A stretch of DNA of 64,000 bases from contig CAMDWQ010000006.1 of assembly GCA_945877765.1 (NCBI GenBank), positions 15,046 through 79,045 on the forward strand. Reading direction: 5' to 3'. Shown in pieces: positions 36,833 to 46,242 of the stretch; position 1 is the stretch's first letter; each line of letters begins with the position of its first letter. The DNA is from Candidatus Omnitrophota bacterium. Its GTDB lineage: Bacteria > Omnitrophota > Gorgyraeia > 2-02-FULL-51-18. The notes beneath the pieces are model-generated. The model did no database searches, was not told the DNA's origin, and worked only from the letters and a program-made list of their open reading frames with translations. Made by a program: the position numbers and the translations under genes.

Positions 36833-38131
36833 ATGCATACCACCCTTACGTTTAACGATCTATATGACTACTTTCTCCGCGGCTGTAAAAAAACAACGGA
36901 CTTTCAAATCGGTGTTGAGTGGGAAAAGATTGGCGTCTACCGTGATTCCGGCAAAGCGATTACCTATTCGGGAGAGCGCGGAGTGGAGGCTATTTTTCGT
37001 AATCTGATTCAAAAACACGGTTGGAAATCCGCTTTTTCCCACCACCCTGTTATCGCTCTAACAAAGGGCAGCGGCTCAATCACGCTCGAACCGGGAGGCC
37101 AAATTGAGCTCTCAGGCCAAAAGGCGCATCTAATCCAGGACAATGCGCGCGAACTTTACATGCACCTGGAAGAAATTCGCTCGATCTCAGAAAGTTTGGG
37201 CATCGTTTGGCTGGGAATTGGCGCCCAGCCCTACAGTGTAGCCGAAGACATTGACTGGGTTCCTAAAGAGCGCTACAAGATTATGCGTGAAAATTTGAAA
37301 GATTCCGGCGCGCTGACTTTTTTGATGATGAAAGAAACGGCGTCCGTTCAAGTGTCGCTGGATTATGGCAGTGAAAAAGACGCTATTCACAAGCTCAAAT
37401 TAGCGATGGGGTTATCTCCTTTTTTAACCGCAATGTTTGCTAATTCACCGTTAAGAGACGGCAAGCCCAGCGGCTATCTTTCACGAAGGGCTCACATCTG
37501 GGAGCACACAGCCCCGGAAAGATCGGGAATTTTGTGGGAGGAGCTGGATCCCGCCGCAGGTTTTAAAAATTATATCGAGTATGCCCTGGATGTCCCGATG
37601 CTTTTTCTCATGCGAAAAAACCAGTGGGTGGGTGTCCGCGGAATTAACTTTAGAGGTTTTATGAAAAAGGGTTATGAGGGCATGAGCCCTACGATCGAGG
37701 ATTGGGAGATGCACTTAAGTGGTATTTTTACGGAAGCGAGGCTAAAAAATTATATCGAGATACGCAGCATTGATTGCCAAAAAACGCCCATGGGCTTGGC
37801 CGCCGTCGCCTTCATCAAGGGCCTTTTTTATTCCGAAGATTCCCTAAAAAAAGCCGGCCAAATGCTGTCAGGTTTTACCGGCAAAGATCTAAAAAAACTT
37901 CACAGCGAAGCTTCAATTCAAGGCCTGAAAGCCACGCTCCCTGACGGCCAAAGTATCACGGAAATCTGCGCCGAGTTGATTCGTTTGGCGGAAGACGGCC
38001 TTGGGGATGAAAAAAAATATCTTGAACCCTTAAAATTGAATATCGAAAAAAAAATAACGCCGGCGGAGATAATTTTGAATTGTTTTGATGCCAACAAGCC
38101 CATCTTAAGCTGTGCCGCCATCGAAGGCTGA
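36833..38131 (+). CDS. gshA: Glutamate--cysteine ligase (alphaproteobacterial/plant-type)
   Basis: IGVEWEK, TLEPGGQIELSG, PK.RY..M, MM..TASVQV.LD, FANSP, R..IW, EARLK.YIEIR. Confidence 0.9.
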   Translation: MHTTLTFNDLYDYFLRGCKKTTDFQIGVEWEKIGVYRDSGKAITYSGERGVEAIFRNLIQKHGWKSAFSHHPVIALTKGSGSITLEPGGQIELSGQKAHLIQDNARELYMHLEEIRSISESLGIVWLGIGAQPYSVAEDIDWVPKERYKIMRENLKDSGALTFLMMKETASVQVSLDYGSEKDAIHKLKLAMGLSPFLTAMFANSPLRDGKPSGYLSRRAHIWEHTAPERSGILWEELDPAAGFKNYIEYALDVPMLFLMRKNQWVGVRGINFRGFMKKGYEGMSPTIEDWEMHLSGIFTEARLKNYIEIRSIDCQKTPMGLAAVAFIKGLFYSEDSLKKAGQMLSGFTGKDLKKLHSEASIQGLKATLPDGQSITEICAELIRLAEDGLGDEKKYLEPLKLNIEKKITPAEIILNCFDANKPILSCAAIEG

Positions 38132-38134
38132 TAG

Positions 38135-38908
38135 TTAGCTGCGAAGTTTATAGCCAATCCGGAATAAATGGACCACCAAGCAGAACAAAGCGACGGCCAT
38201 CACCGCCGCCAAAATCATACAAACACGCACATCGACATCACTCACACCAATCATGCCGTATCGCAGGCCGCTCACCAGATAGAAAATGGGGTTTGCTCGT
38301 CCAGCGGCTTTCAGCCATGGTGGCATCATTTGAATGCTGTGGAAAACACCCCCAAAATAAACCAGCGGCGTAATCACAAAAGTGCTCCAGAGCGACAATT
38401 TCTCGAAACCCTCCGCCCATAGGCCTGCCAAAATTCCCAAGCACGAAAAAATAAAAGTGACAGTGATAAAAAAATACAACACAATCCAAACACTGTGAAA
38501 TGAAAATTGAACGAAAAAAAGAGAGATGGCGTAGACTCCGCCGCCAACGATCAAGCCGCGCACAATCCCGCCGATTAAAAGACCCAGGACCATCTCCAAG
38601 TAAGAGAGGGGGGAGAGCAAAAGCTCCTGGATTAGGTTGTGCCAGCGCGACATAAAAAGGGAAGACGAGGTATTGGCGTAAGGCGCTTCGATCAGATGCA
38701 TCATCACCAGGCCCGGCACCAAATATTGCAAATAAGACTGGCCCTGAATTTGAATGTTTAAGTTGCGCCCGATGGAATAACCGAAAACAAAAATAAAAAG
38801 GGCTGCGGAGATTAAGGATGGCAAAATCGTCTGCGTGAACACAACAAAAAAGCGCATGATTTCGCGCTTGATCAGTGTACGAAAGCCAACGGGGTTGGAA
38901 ATAATCAT
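38135..38908 (-). CDS. ABC-2 transporter permease (YadH-like)
   Basis: REI.RF...QT..P, YL..LVPGL.MM, ELL.SP, GGVF, NP.FY...G.RY. Confidence 0.92.
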   Translation of the reverse strand: MIISNPVGFRTLIKREIMRFFVVFTQTILPSLISAALFIFVFGYSIGRNLNIQIQGQSYLQYLVPGLVMMHLIEAPYANTSSSLFMSRWHNLIQELLLSPLSYLEMVLGLLIGGIVRGLIVGGGVYAISLFFVQFSFHSVWIVLYFFITVTFIFSCLGILAGLWAEGFEKLSLWSTFVITPLVYFGGVFHSIQMMPPWLKAAGRANPIFYLVSGLRYGMIGVSDVDVRVCMILAAVMAVALFCLVVHLFRIGYKLRS

Positions 38909-39636
38909 ACCGCGGGAGCCTTTCTTGTCATTTCAAGAAATTTTTGCTCGAGGGTGTGATTTTTAAGCAGCACCTCTTTGTTGCCGCTAAGAACAATTCT
39001 TCCTTGGTCGACAATGACGACTGTTTTAGATAGTTTTTCGGCTTCTTCCATGTAATGCGTGGTCAAAAAAATTGTTTTGCCCTCCTCGTTGATCTTTTGG
39101 AGATAGGCCCAGATCTGATATTTGAGCTCCAGATCCGTGCCAGCAGTGGGCTCATCTAAAATCAGGATTTTGGGATCATGCACTAACGCGCGGCACAACA
39201 AGAGGCGCCGCTTCATCCCGCCAGAAAGCTTTCGAAAATCTTGTTTTCTTTTATCGTAAATGCCAAAAAAACGCAGAAGTTCATGCGCTTTGACAATGGC
39301 TTTTTGCTTGGGAACCCCAAAATAGCCCGCCTGATAGATCAACACGCCCTCAATGGACAAAAAGGGATCCAGATTTACTTCCTGAGGACAAAGCCCAATC
39401 ATCGGGCGCGTTTTCCGGTACTCTGAGACCACGTCATGGCCAAAAATCTTAACCGAACCGGCGTTGAAATTGCAAAGACCGGTAATCGAGTGGATGGTGG
39501 TCGTCTTTCCCGCGCCGTTGGGGCCCAGAAATGCCACAAAATCACCCTCGTAGACCGTGAGAGAGAGGTTATCAACCGCCTTGAGCTGCCCGTAGGACTT
39601 GGTGAGATTTTGAATCGTGATGGCTTCATTCGGCAT
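38905..39636 (-). CDS. ABC transporter ATP-binding protein (YadG-like)
   Basis: GPNGAGKTT, LSGGMKRR, ILDEPT, TTHYMEEAE. Confidence 0.95.
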   Translation of the reverse strand: MPNEAITIQNLTKSYGQLKAVDNLSLTVYEGDFVAFLGPNGAGKTTTIHSITGLCNFNAGSVKIFGHDVVSEYRKTRPMIGLCPQEVNLDPFLSIEGVLIYQAGYFGVPKQKAIVKAHELLRFFGIYDKRKQDFRKLSGGMKRRLLLCRALVHDPKILILDEPTAGTDLELKYQIWAYLQKINEEGKTIFLTTHYMEEAEKLSKTVVIVDQGRIVLSGNKEVLLKNHTLEQKFLEMTRKAPAV

Positions 39637-39664
39637 GCGGACATCTTATGTTATAATATGCGCC

Positions 39665-40294
39665 ATGTCAAAGCCGCCCGCAGCAAAAAAAGTGAAAGCA
39701 GTTCTTTTTGATCTCGGAAAAGTCCTTTTACATTTCAATTTTGAACACGCCTTCAAACGGCTTTCAAAATCAAGCGGCCGGCCGGTGATGGAGGTTGAAG
39801 ATTACTTTGTGAGCTCGGGCATCGAGGTTCTTTATGACGGCGGAAAAATTTCATCGCTAGAGTTTTACCGTCAAATCAAAAAAGCGCTGGGGCTTCAAAT
39901 TAGTTTCATGAGTTTTAAAAAAATTTGGAACCATATTTTTACTCCCAAAAAAGACATGATCAGCCTTCTACGCAAGCTTTCCACCAGCTATCGGCTTGTT
40001 TTAATTTCCAACACCAATGCCATGCACTTTGAATACATCCAGAAAAAATACGCGTTTATGGGAGTTTTTGACAGAAAAATTATTTCCTATCGCGAGAAAA
40101 ATAGAAAACCTGATGAGCGCATCTATCGAAAAGCCGCCAAAGCCTGTTTAGCGCATCCCCGTGAAATTTATTATATTGATGACCGCGCCGATTTGACAGC
40201 CGCCGCCAAAGAGCTTGGTTTTCATGTATTTACTTATCGAAATAATTTTAAAGATCTTCTGCTGGACCTAAAAGCAAAGGGGGTTTCATTTTGA
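39665..40294 (+). CDS. HAD family phosphatase (YihX-like)
   Basis: FDLGKVL, SNTN, RKPD, IDD. Confidence 0.9.
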   Translation: MSKPPAAKKVKAVLFDLGKVLLHFNFEHAFKRLSKSSGRPVMEVEDYFVSSGIEVLYDGGKISSLEFYRQIKKALGLQISFMSFKKIWNHIFTPKKDMISLLRKLSTSYRLVLISNTNAMHFEYIQKKYAFMGVFDRKIISYREKNRKPDERIYRKAAKACLAHPREIYYIDDRADLTAAAKELGFHVFTYRNNFKDLLLDLKAKGVSF

Positions 40295-41109
40295 AAGAAA
40301 GCAGCCAGAATTATTTGAAAGTTGCCAAGAAGGCGGCGCTCGAGGCCGGGTCGCTTCTCTTGCGTTCCTACGGAAAACTAAAAAATTCTCAGATTCACAC
40401 CAAATCCAAAAATGATTTTGTTACTGAGCTTGATAAAAAATCCGAGAAGCTGATCATTTCGATTATCCGCCGCAGCTTTCCAGGACATTCAATCCAGGGC
40501 GAAGAAGGCGGGCTGGCCAAGGGCAGTCCGGTGTTATGGATCATTGATCCGCTGGACGGCACCACCAACTACATCCACCAATTCCCGATGTTTTCGGTTT
40601 CTATAGGTATTTCCGTCAACGGTGTCCTGGAAGCGGGTGTGGTTTATGATCCTCTCCATCAAGAACTTTTTTTTGCCCGCAAGGGTGCGGGGGCTTTTCT
40701 GAATAAGAAAAAAATTCGCGTCTCAGCCGTCAACCGTCTTGCGGACGCTCTCATGACGACCGGAATTCCCTTTAAAGGAAGGTACCGTTTTGATGAATAT
40801 ATGAGTTCGTTTCGGCAAATTTCACTGGGTAGCTCCGGTATGCGGCGCGGCGGCTCCGCAGCACTCGACCTGGCTTACGTCGCTTGCGGGCGTCTGGATG
40901 GCTTCTGGGAAATCAATCTTTCGGCCTGGGATATTGCTGCTGGCGCGCTCCTTGTTAAGGAGGCGGGTGGCCGTATAAGCGATCTTTGGGGTAAAGCCGG
41001 GTACCTTCAAAACGGAGATGTCCTTGCCTCCAACCGCAGGATTCACGCTCAGATTCAAGCCATTACGTCCGCCGCCCTGTCACCCAAAAAGCCAAGCAGA
41101 AAACCTTGA
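40291..41109 (+). CDS. suhB: Inositol monophosphatase family protein
   Basis: D.VT..D, GEE, WIIDPLDGTTN, RR.GSAALDL, WDIAAG. Confidence 0.93.
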   Translation: MKESSQNYLKVAKKAALEAGSLLLRSYGKLKNSQIHTKSKNDFVTELDKKSEKLIISIIRRSFPGHSIQGEEGGLAKGSPVLWIIDPLDGTTNYIHQFPMFSVSIGISVNGVLEAGVVYDPLHQELFFARKGAGAFLNKKKIRVSAVNRLADALMTTGIPFKGRYRFDEYMSSFRQISLGSSGMRRGGSAALDLAYVACGRLDGFWEINLSAWDIAAGALLVKEAGGRISDLWGKAGYLQNGDVLASNRRIHAQIQAITSAALSPKKPSRKP

Positions 41110-41140
41110 ACACCTAAACTGGCAGGAGTACAATAAAACC

Positions 41141-41320
41141 ATGCCTTACATCAACCTAAAGCTTGTAGGCAAGCTCACCCAGGACCAAAAACAAAAAATT
41201 GCGCATGAGTTTGCAGAAACTCTAGAGCGTGTTGCCGGCAAACCCAAAAATGCCACCTATTTAGTGATTGACGAGGTGGAGGGCCAGAATTGGGCGCAAG
41301 GCGAGAAATTTTTCGGATAA
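41141..41320 (+). CDS. 4-oxalocrotonate tautomerase family protein
   Basis: Start MPYINLK (catalytic Pro1), QK..IA, GKP, I.EV...NWA.G; 59 aa. Confidence 0.9.
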   Translation: MPYINLKLVGKLTQDQKQKIAHEFAETLERVAGKPKNATYLVIDEVEGQNWAQGEKFFG

Positions 41321-41327
41321 ATCCTTT

Positions 41328-41723
41328 ATGCCAATCGAAAAACAACTCTCAATCTTCATGGAAAACAAGCCAGGTAACCTTTCTCGAATTTGTTCCACGC
41401 TCGCGGAAAACAACATCAACATCCATGCGATGTCAGTCCACGATACCGTGGATCATGCGATTGTCCGTCTTTTGGTCGATTACCCCACAAAGGCATTGTT
41501 GATCCTTGAGCAGGAGGGGGTCTACACCATTCCTCAAGAAGTGGTGGTGCTGGGCATAGACAATAAACCCGGCATCATTTCGACGGTTGCCAAAAAACTT
41601 TTTCGCGCCGATATTAATATCGAATACGCTTATTGCACCGCCACTACCAATCAAGACCACGGCTGTCTTGTCATCAAAACAAAAGATCCTGAACAAACCC
41701 TCGAGATTCTTGAGTCCTTCTAA
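41328..41723 (+). CDS. Tandem ACT domain protein
   Basis: QLSIFMENKPG.L...NINI; DNKPG...INIEYAY. Confidence 0.9.
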   Translation: MPIEKQLSIFMENKPGNLSRICSTLAENNINIHAMSVHDTVDHAIVRLLVDYPTKALLILEQEGVYTIPQEVVVLGIDNKPGIISTVAKKLFRADINIEYAYCTATTNQDHGCLVIKTKDPEQTLEILESF

Positions 41724-42390
41724 AAATATTTTTCTTTCGCTGGTAGCGATTTTTTTTCTTTCCCAAACCTCTCTGGGGTTTACGGCAGATCGCCAGCAAG
41801 CTTTTGTTGAAGAAGTCTTAAGCGGCGATACCGTCCGGCTGAAGGGCGGGAAAACTCTAAAGTATACCGGTGTTGAAGCGCCCCCGCTGCAGCATCGAAT
41901 CCCCCTGGTCCGCACTTATGGAGAAAGTGCAAAGGCGTATAATGAACAGCTGGTCCTGCATAAAAAAATTTGGATTGACTGGGGACGGCGCCTGCGGGAT
42001 CGGCATAATAATTTATTGGGGTATGTTTACTTAGAAGACAACACATTTGTTAACCTTGAGTTATTGAGAGCTGGTCAAGCCAAACCCAATCTTTATGCGC
42101 CGGATCTTGTATTTGCTGATCTGTTTCATCAAACCGCCTGGGATGCCGAAAAAAATAGGCGAGGGCTGTGGAAAGAAGAACCTAAAAATCCCTATGCTAA
42201 AGAAGCGTACGTCGGCGAAAAGAATACAAAGATTTATTACCTCCCCAACTCCTCCGAATTGGAGCGAATCCCGCAAGCCAACCTCGTTACTTTCCGTTCC
42301 CGTGTGGAGGCTACCGCAGCAGGCTATCGCGCGTGCAATACCTGCAAAGAGACGACGCGCTACAACAGCGAGCCCGACACACTTTATTAA
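41710..42390 (+). CDS. Thermonuclease-fold protein with C-terminal Ada metal-binding-like domain (catalytic residues degenerate)
   Basis: GDT, LLGYVY, VN..L...G.A, A....RGLW; C-terminal F.S...A..AGYRAC..C; start uncertain (TTG 41710). Confidence 0.82.
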   Translation: MSPSKNIFLSLVAIFFLSQTSLGFTADRQQAFVEEVLSGDTVRLKGGKTLKYTGVEAPPLQHRIPLVRTYGESAKAYNEQLVLHKKIWIDWGRRLRDRHNNLLGYVYLEDNTFVNLELLRAGQAKPNLYAPDLVFADLFHQTAWDAEKNRRGLWKEEPKNPYAKEAYVGEKNTKIYYLPNSSELERIPQANLVTFRSRVEATAAGYRACNTCKETTRYNSEPDTLY

Positions 42391-42625
42391 GCGATTGAGC
42401 GCTTCTTTACTTCTGAGGACTTTTATGTTAGGGTTAATGTAATTATAGCTTTATTTAATCAATACTAAATCAATGAACATGGGTTTATCTCTTAATGCAA
42501 ATCGCAAAACTTTTTCCGAGTTATTCGGATTAAGTGTTTGCTTTTTTTTATTTTGCCAACCATTGAACGGGTAAGAGCGGGTAATGCGTTGTTACGGAAC
42601 ACAAGGTAAACAAGGAGAATAGGGT

Positions 42626-42829
42626 ATGACAAAAGGCGTTGTGAAGTGGTTTTCCAATCAAAAAGGTTACGGTTTTATCACCCCCGAAGGCGGCGGAAAA
42701 GACGTGTTCGTTCATCACAGCGCGATAACCGGGGATGGCTATAAGACGCTAGATGAAGGCCAGGCGGTGGAATTTGATATCACCCAAGGGCCCAAGGGCG
42801 AACAGGCTGCCAACGTCAAGAAACACTAA
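42626..42829 (+). CDS. cspA: Cold-shock protein
   Basis: GVVKWF..KGYGFI, DVFVH.SAI, GYKTL.EGQ.V.F, GPKG.QA.NV. Confidence 0.97.
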   Translation: MTKGVVKWFSNQKGYGFITPEGGGKDVFVHHSAITGDGYKTLDEGQAVEFDITQGPKGEQAANVKKH

Positions 42830-42958
42830 AACAACCTATACTCAAAAACTAAGCATCTGCGCACTACAGCCATCTTTTCAGCCTTCTTGATATAAAAGAA
42901 GGGGGAAGGGTGGTTTTTTTATGCTATACTTTGGAAAATAATCTCAATGGAGGTGTGT

Positions 42959-43351
42959 ATGACGCAAAGCGACCGAATCGTTGAAAAGCGTGAATTTTTT
43001 CGTTTGGATTTTACTGCTGGTCTTGAATTTAAAAGCTACCAACCTGAGGAAGGTTTAGAATCAAAAGCCATGGTCCAGAACGTTAGTCAGTCCGGCGTGC
43101 TCTTTAGCACCCAAAGCAGCCCTCCGGCTATTTCGAGCATTCTTTGGATGAATATGGATATCCGAACGCTTAAGATTTGTCAGGAAATTGAGAATAGAGC
43201 CCTGATATTCAATAAAGGCTTGCTTGGAAAGGTGGTTCGTGTTGAAGAAGATGCGCGCACAGGCAAATCTTATGATGTCGGTGTTTGCTTCCTAACTCGT
43301 GATCAACAAAACTCGCGCGACGTCCAGGCTATCCTAAACCGCGTTAACTAA
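42959..43351 (+). CDS. PilZ domain protein
   Basis: EKREFFR and NVSQSG motifs; GKVVRV, GVCF; GGAGG SD before ATG 42959. Confidence 0.82.
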   Translation: MTQSDRIVEKREFFRLDFTAGLEFKSYQPEEGLESKAMVQNVSQSGVLFSTQSSPPAISSILWMNMDIRTLKICQEIENRALIFNKGLLGKVVRVEEDARTGKSYDVGVCFLTRDQQNSRDVQAILNRVN

Positions 43352-43386
43352 AAGCGCGAACAGCCCGACTAAAAATTAATTGGTTC

Positions 43387-43426
43387 AACCCCCGACTCAT
43401 TAGAAATGGGCGGGGGGTTTTTGTTT
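43387..43426 (+). terminator. Rho-independent terminator
   Basis: AACCCCCG..CAT/ATGG.CGGGGGGTT stem plus T tract. Confidence 0.7.
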
Positions 43427-43527
43427 GCCTGACTAAAGCATCTGCCTTTTGTTTGATTTTTTACCAAAACCATCGATTAACTTTACTCTCCGTAACATCC
43501 TGTGGACAACCGCACTTTTCCCACTCA

Positions 43528-43555
43528 ATGTCTTATAATGTATATTATGTTAGGT
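43528..43555. other. dif-like XerC/XerD recombination site (chromosome dimer resolution)
   Basis: ATGTCTTATAA-TGTATA-TTATGTTAGGT versus E. coli GGTGCGCATAA-TGTATA-TTATGTTAAAT; lies at the gene-orientation switch. Confidence 0.85.
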
Positions 43556-43583
43556 ATTGTAGAGTGAGGCCGCCCACTACACG

Positions 43584-43622
43584 AAAAAACCCTGGCAAGG
43601 TGTGACCCCTGCCAGGGTTTTT
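43584..43622 (-). terminator. Rho-independent (bidirectional) terminator
   Basis: AAAAAACCCTGGCA / TGCCAGGGTTTTT stem. Confidence 0.85.
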
Positions 43623-43644
43623 ACTTACTCAAAGCCTCTCTAAG

Positions 43645-45054
43645 TTAGAAAGTAACCTTGACCTCTTGAATCAACTGCGTAGCCATCGCATCATTCGGCG
43701 AGCTAAACATGTCCCCCGGGATAAAGAAATCCGCGTAGGTGTTGAACGTGACGTCTGCTGTGTAATTGTAGGTCAACAGCAAATCGATCTCGTCGCCAAT
43801 GTGCTCTGAAAGCGAAGCTGAGCTAGGGCTGGTAATTGTTGAATGAGCGGTTTCAGTGGTCCAGAAATGGTAATACTGGGCTGATAGCTGCATATCATCC
43901 AACGGTTTGATTGAGCCGTAGATAGCCACATGCTGTTGGTTCTGTCCTGCGACTTGATCGCTGGAAGACCCTGTCGCAAAATAACCTTCACGGTAGTCGT
44001 GAATCCAACCATAAACAGGCAGGCGGAATGAACCATTCCAAGCGCCATATTCACCGCTAGAGGTCGTGCTCAGGTCTTCTTCGCCAGACAAGTAAACATA
44101 TTCAATTCCAAGCATGGGTTTCCAGTTGCTATCCCAGCGGTATTCGCCGAAAATATCCAGCGCCCAAGCAGAACGATCCCTGCTAGATGTAGCGGTGCTT
44201 GAAAAATAGTCGCCAAATTGGTACGCCAGTTCACCGCCTAGGGTTATCTGTGAGATCGGATCAAATTGAACGCGTCCGCCAACCGTGTGAGTCGAATTGC
44301 TTCTGCTGCCAGTAGCTGCGCCTACACGATTTACTTCGCCAAAATAATAACCTTCGGCAACCGCGTTGTATTCGGCAAATTTGTAATTCATATTAGCCAA
44401 ATAAAGATCGCGATCATCTTCGGGGTTCAACGAGCCTTCAGTGATTTTGGAATAAACGAAATCCAGCGTCCAAGGATTAAAATCCAAGGTGGCGCGGATC
44501 GCATCAAACGACAACAGCTGGCTGAATTCGTCCGCCTGTGTGTTGGAGTTGGGGTCTTGAGGATTCCAACCAATGACAAAACCGCGACCGAACACAAGGT
44601 CCTGACGACCAATGGTCAATGTCAGAGGCGAATAAAAAATCTCCTTCATCTGTACATAAGCCAGGTCCAAAAGAACGTCGAATTCGTGAGAAGCGCCGGA
44701 AGTGGCACCGCCGTACTCATTCGCATTCCAATCACGTTGATTCACGAGATTGATGACAGTAGAGACGTTATCCGTCAAATCTGCCGCAATCTGTATCTGC
44801 GTGATCGTCATGAAAAACTCGTCCGCCTCAGACTGCTGAGCGGTCGAATCCGTCCCCGAGTGAACTGCGCCAGGCACCGTGCCTGTCGAAGGCACCGAAC
44901 CCGCATCGTTGTTCTTGGTTAAGTCAAAGTTATTGCGGTAAAACGCATACGCGTCAATAGAACCGCTAACTTTAACGTTTTGAGTCTCGGCAAACGCGGG
45001 AGCGGCCACAAGCACCGCTAGCGCTACCAGAAAAAACGCTTTAATTTTATTCAT
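43645..45054 (-). CDS. Outer-membrane beta-barrel protein (alginate export/porin-like)
   Basis: Signal peptide; AYV, L.IGRQ...G, FDA.R, G.E.D; alternating beta strands; terminal Phe; strong SD. Confidence 0.85.
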   Translation of the reverse strand: MNKIKAFFLVALAVLVAAPAFAETQNVKVSGSIDAYAFYRNNFDLTKNNDAGSVPSTGTVPGAVHSGTDSTAQQSEADEFFMTITQIQIAADLTDNVSTVINLVNQRDWNANEYGGATSGASHEFDVLLDLAYVQMKEIFYSPLTLTIGRQDLVFGRGFVIGWNPQDPNSNTQADEFSQLLSFDAIRATLDFNPWTLDFVYSKITEGSLNPEDDRDLYLANMNYKFAEYNAVAEGYYFGEVNRVGAATGSRSNSTHTVGGRVQFDPISQITLGGELAYQFGDYFSSTATSSRDRSAWALDIFGEYRWDSNWKPMLGIEYVYLSGEEDLSTTSSGEYGAWNGSFRLPVYGWIHDYREGYFATGSSSDQVAGQNQQHVAIYGSIKPLDDMQLSAQYYHFWTTETAHSTITSPSSASLSEHIGDEIDLLLTYNYTADVTFNTYADFFIPGDMFSSPNDAMATQLIQEVKVTF

Positions 45055-45287
45055 TTGATTCTCCTGTTAGGAAGACAATTTATTTTCGATTTTAGGGTAT
45101 TCATTTTTATGCGGTTGCCCGCCCGACAGCCTTAAGAACGCGCCTTTAGGTTGCTCACCCCTTTCTTCGGCAAATTTAGGTTGTCTATTCATTAGTTGAT
45201 ACTCGTTATTCTAGATTTTAAATGTTAAATCCAGGTAACGATGGGGTTAATTATATAGAGCGGCGGGTATTTTGAAAAGTCTTAAAA

Positions 45288-46235
45288 TTAAACCTTGGTG
45301 CGGGCATAAACAAACTGGGCGAAATGAATATCCAGAGCCCCTAGGCCGGTGGAATCAAAGATGGTGATTTCATTTTCAGCATGCCTGCCATTTTTGGCTT
45401 GGGATACCACCTCGGATAACTCGGCATGTACATTTGCTTTCAAAAAAGAGCCTTGAGAAAATGGCACATTGATTTCTCCGCTATGCGATGCCTGCTCCCA
45501 TTCATCTACGACCACTCGAGCGCGCATCAAAAGGGCTGGGTCCAACTCCTCTTTTCCCTTCGCGTCGGCTCCAATGGCATTGATATGAGCCCCCGGCTTC
45601 ACCCATTCCTTCTGGACCAAGGGTTTACGCGAAGAAGTGCAGGTAACGATAACGTCTGCTGACTCAACGCAGCTTTTAATGTCGGTAACCGGCCGAAGCC
45701 TTTTAAAACTTGAATGCTTTTTGCAAAAAAATTCGGCTTCGTTTGGCTCGAATCCCCAAACCCTTATCTGGTCAAAATCAAATAGATCGGCGTGGGCCGC
45801 TAGTTGGTAAGCCGCCTGAATTCCCGCACCCACCAACGCCATGATTTTTGGTTTAGGATTGGCCATGAGTGTTGCCGCCAGAACAGCCGTTGCTGCGGTT
45901 CTCATTGCGGTAATGTTATTAGCTTCCATGATTGCCAGAAGGCGCCCGTCATCGGCAGAGCTTAATAAAATTGTCCCATTAACCGTTGGTTGGCCTTTGC
46001 CGGCATTTTTGGGAAAAACGCTGATCCACTTGATGCCGCATTCACTGCCGCCGGGAGCCTCCAAAAAAGAAGGCATCGCCCGAAAATCATTAGAAGCCGG
46101 CAAGACCAGGTACATTTTTGGCGGCATGAAAACTTTTTTTTGTGCGATTAATTGAAACGTTTCTCTGGCTAGCACGAGTGAGTTTTTCTCGTTTAAAATT
46201 TTTCTGGTCTGATCTTCCGTTATAAAAGGAACCAC
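45288..46235 (-). CDS. Ornithine cyclodeaminase/mu-crystallin family (archaeal-type alanine dehydrogenase-like)
   Basis: PPK.Y, DFRAMP, K, T.MRTAA, GAG.QA, HINAIGAD, DSTG...D. Confidence 0.9.
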   Translation of the reverse strand: MVPFITEDQTRKILNEKNSLVLARETFQLIAQKKVFMPPKMYLVLPASNDFRAMPSFLEAPGGSECGIKWISVFPKNAGKGQPTVNGTILLSSADDGRLLAIMEANNITAMRTAATAVLAATLMANPKPKIMALVGAGIQAAYQLAAHADLFDFDQIRVWGFEPNEAEFFCKKHSSFKRLRPVTDIKSCVESADVIVTCTSSRKPLVQKEWVKPGAHINAIGADAKGKEELDPALLMRARVVVDEWEQASHSGEINVPFSQGSFLKANVHAELSEVVSQAKNGRHAENEITIFDSTGLGALDIHFAQFVYARTKV

Positions 46236-46242
46236 GGAGAAA

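Noticed and set aside
42391-42625. cspA thermosensor RNA
   Set aside because: Plausible by position, but I cannot match it to a known structure from the sequence.
43501-43509. DnaA box-like TGTGGACAA / oriC
   Set aside because: Single imperfect box; genes converge here rather than diverge, and dif is adjacent.
45055-45287. Long porin leader with CAACCTAAA twice, as a riboswitch
   Set aside because: No recognisable aptamer consensus; long leaders are normal for abundant outer-membrane proteins.
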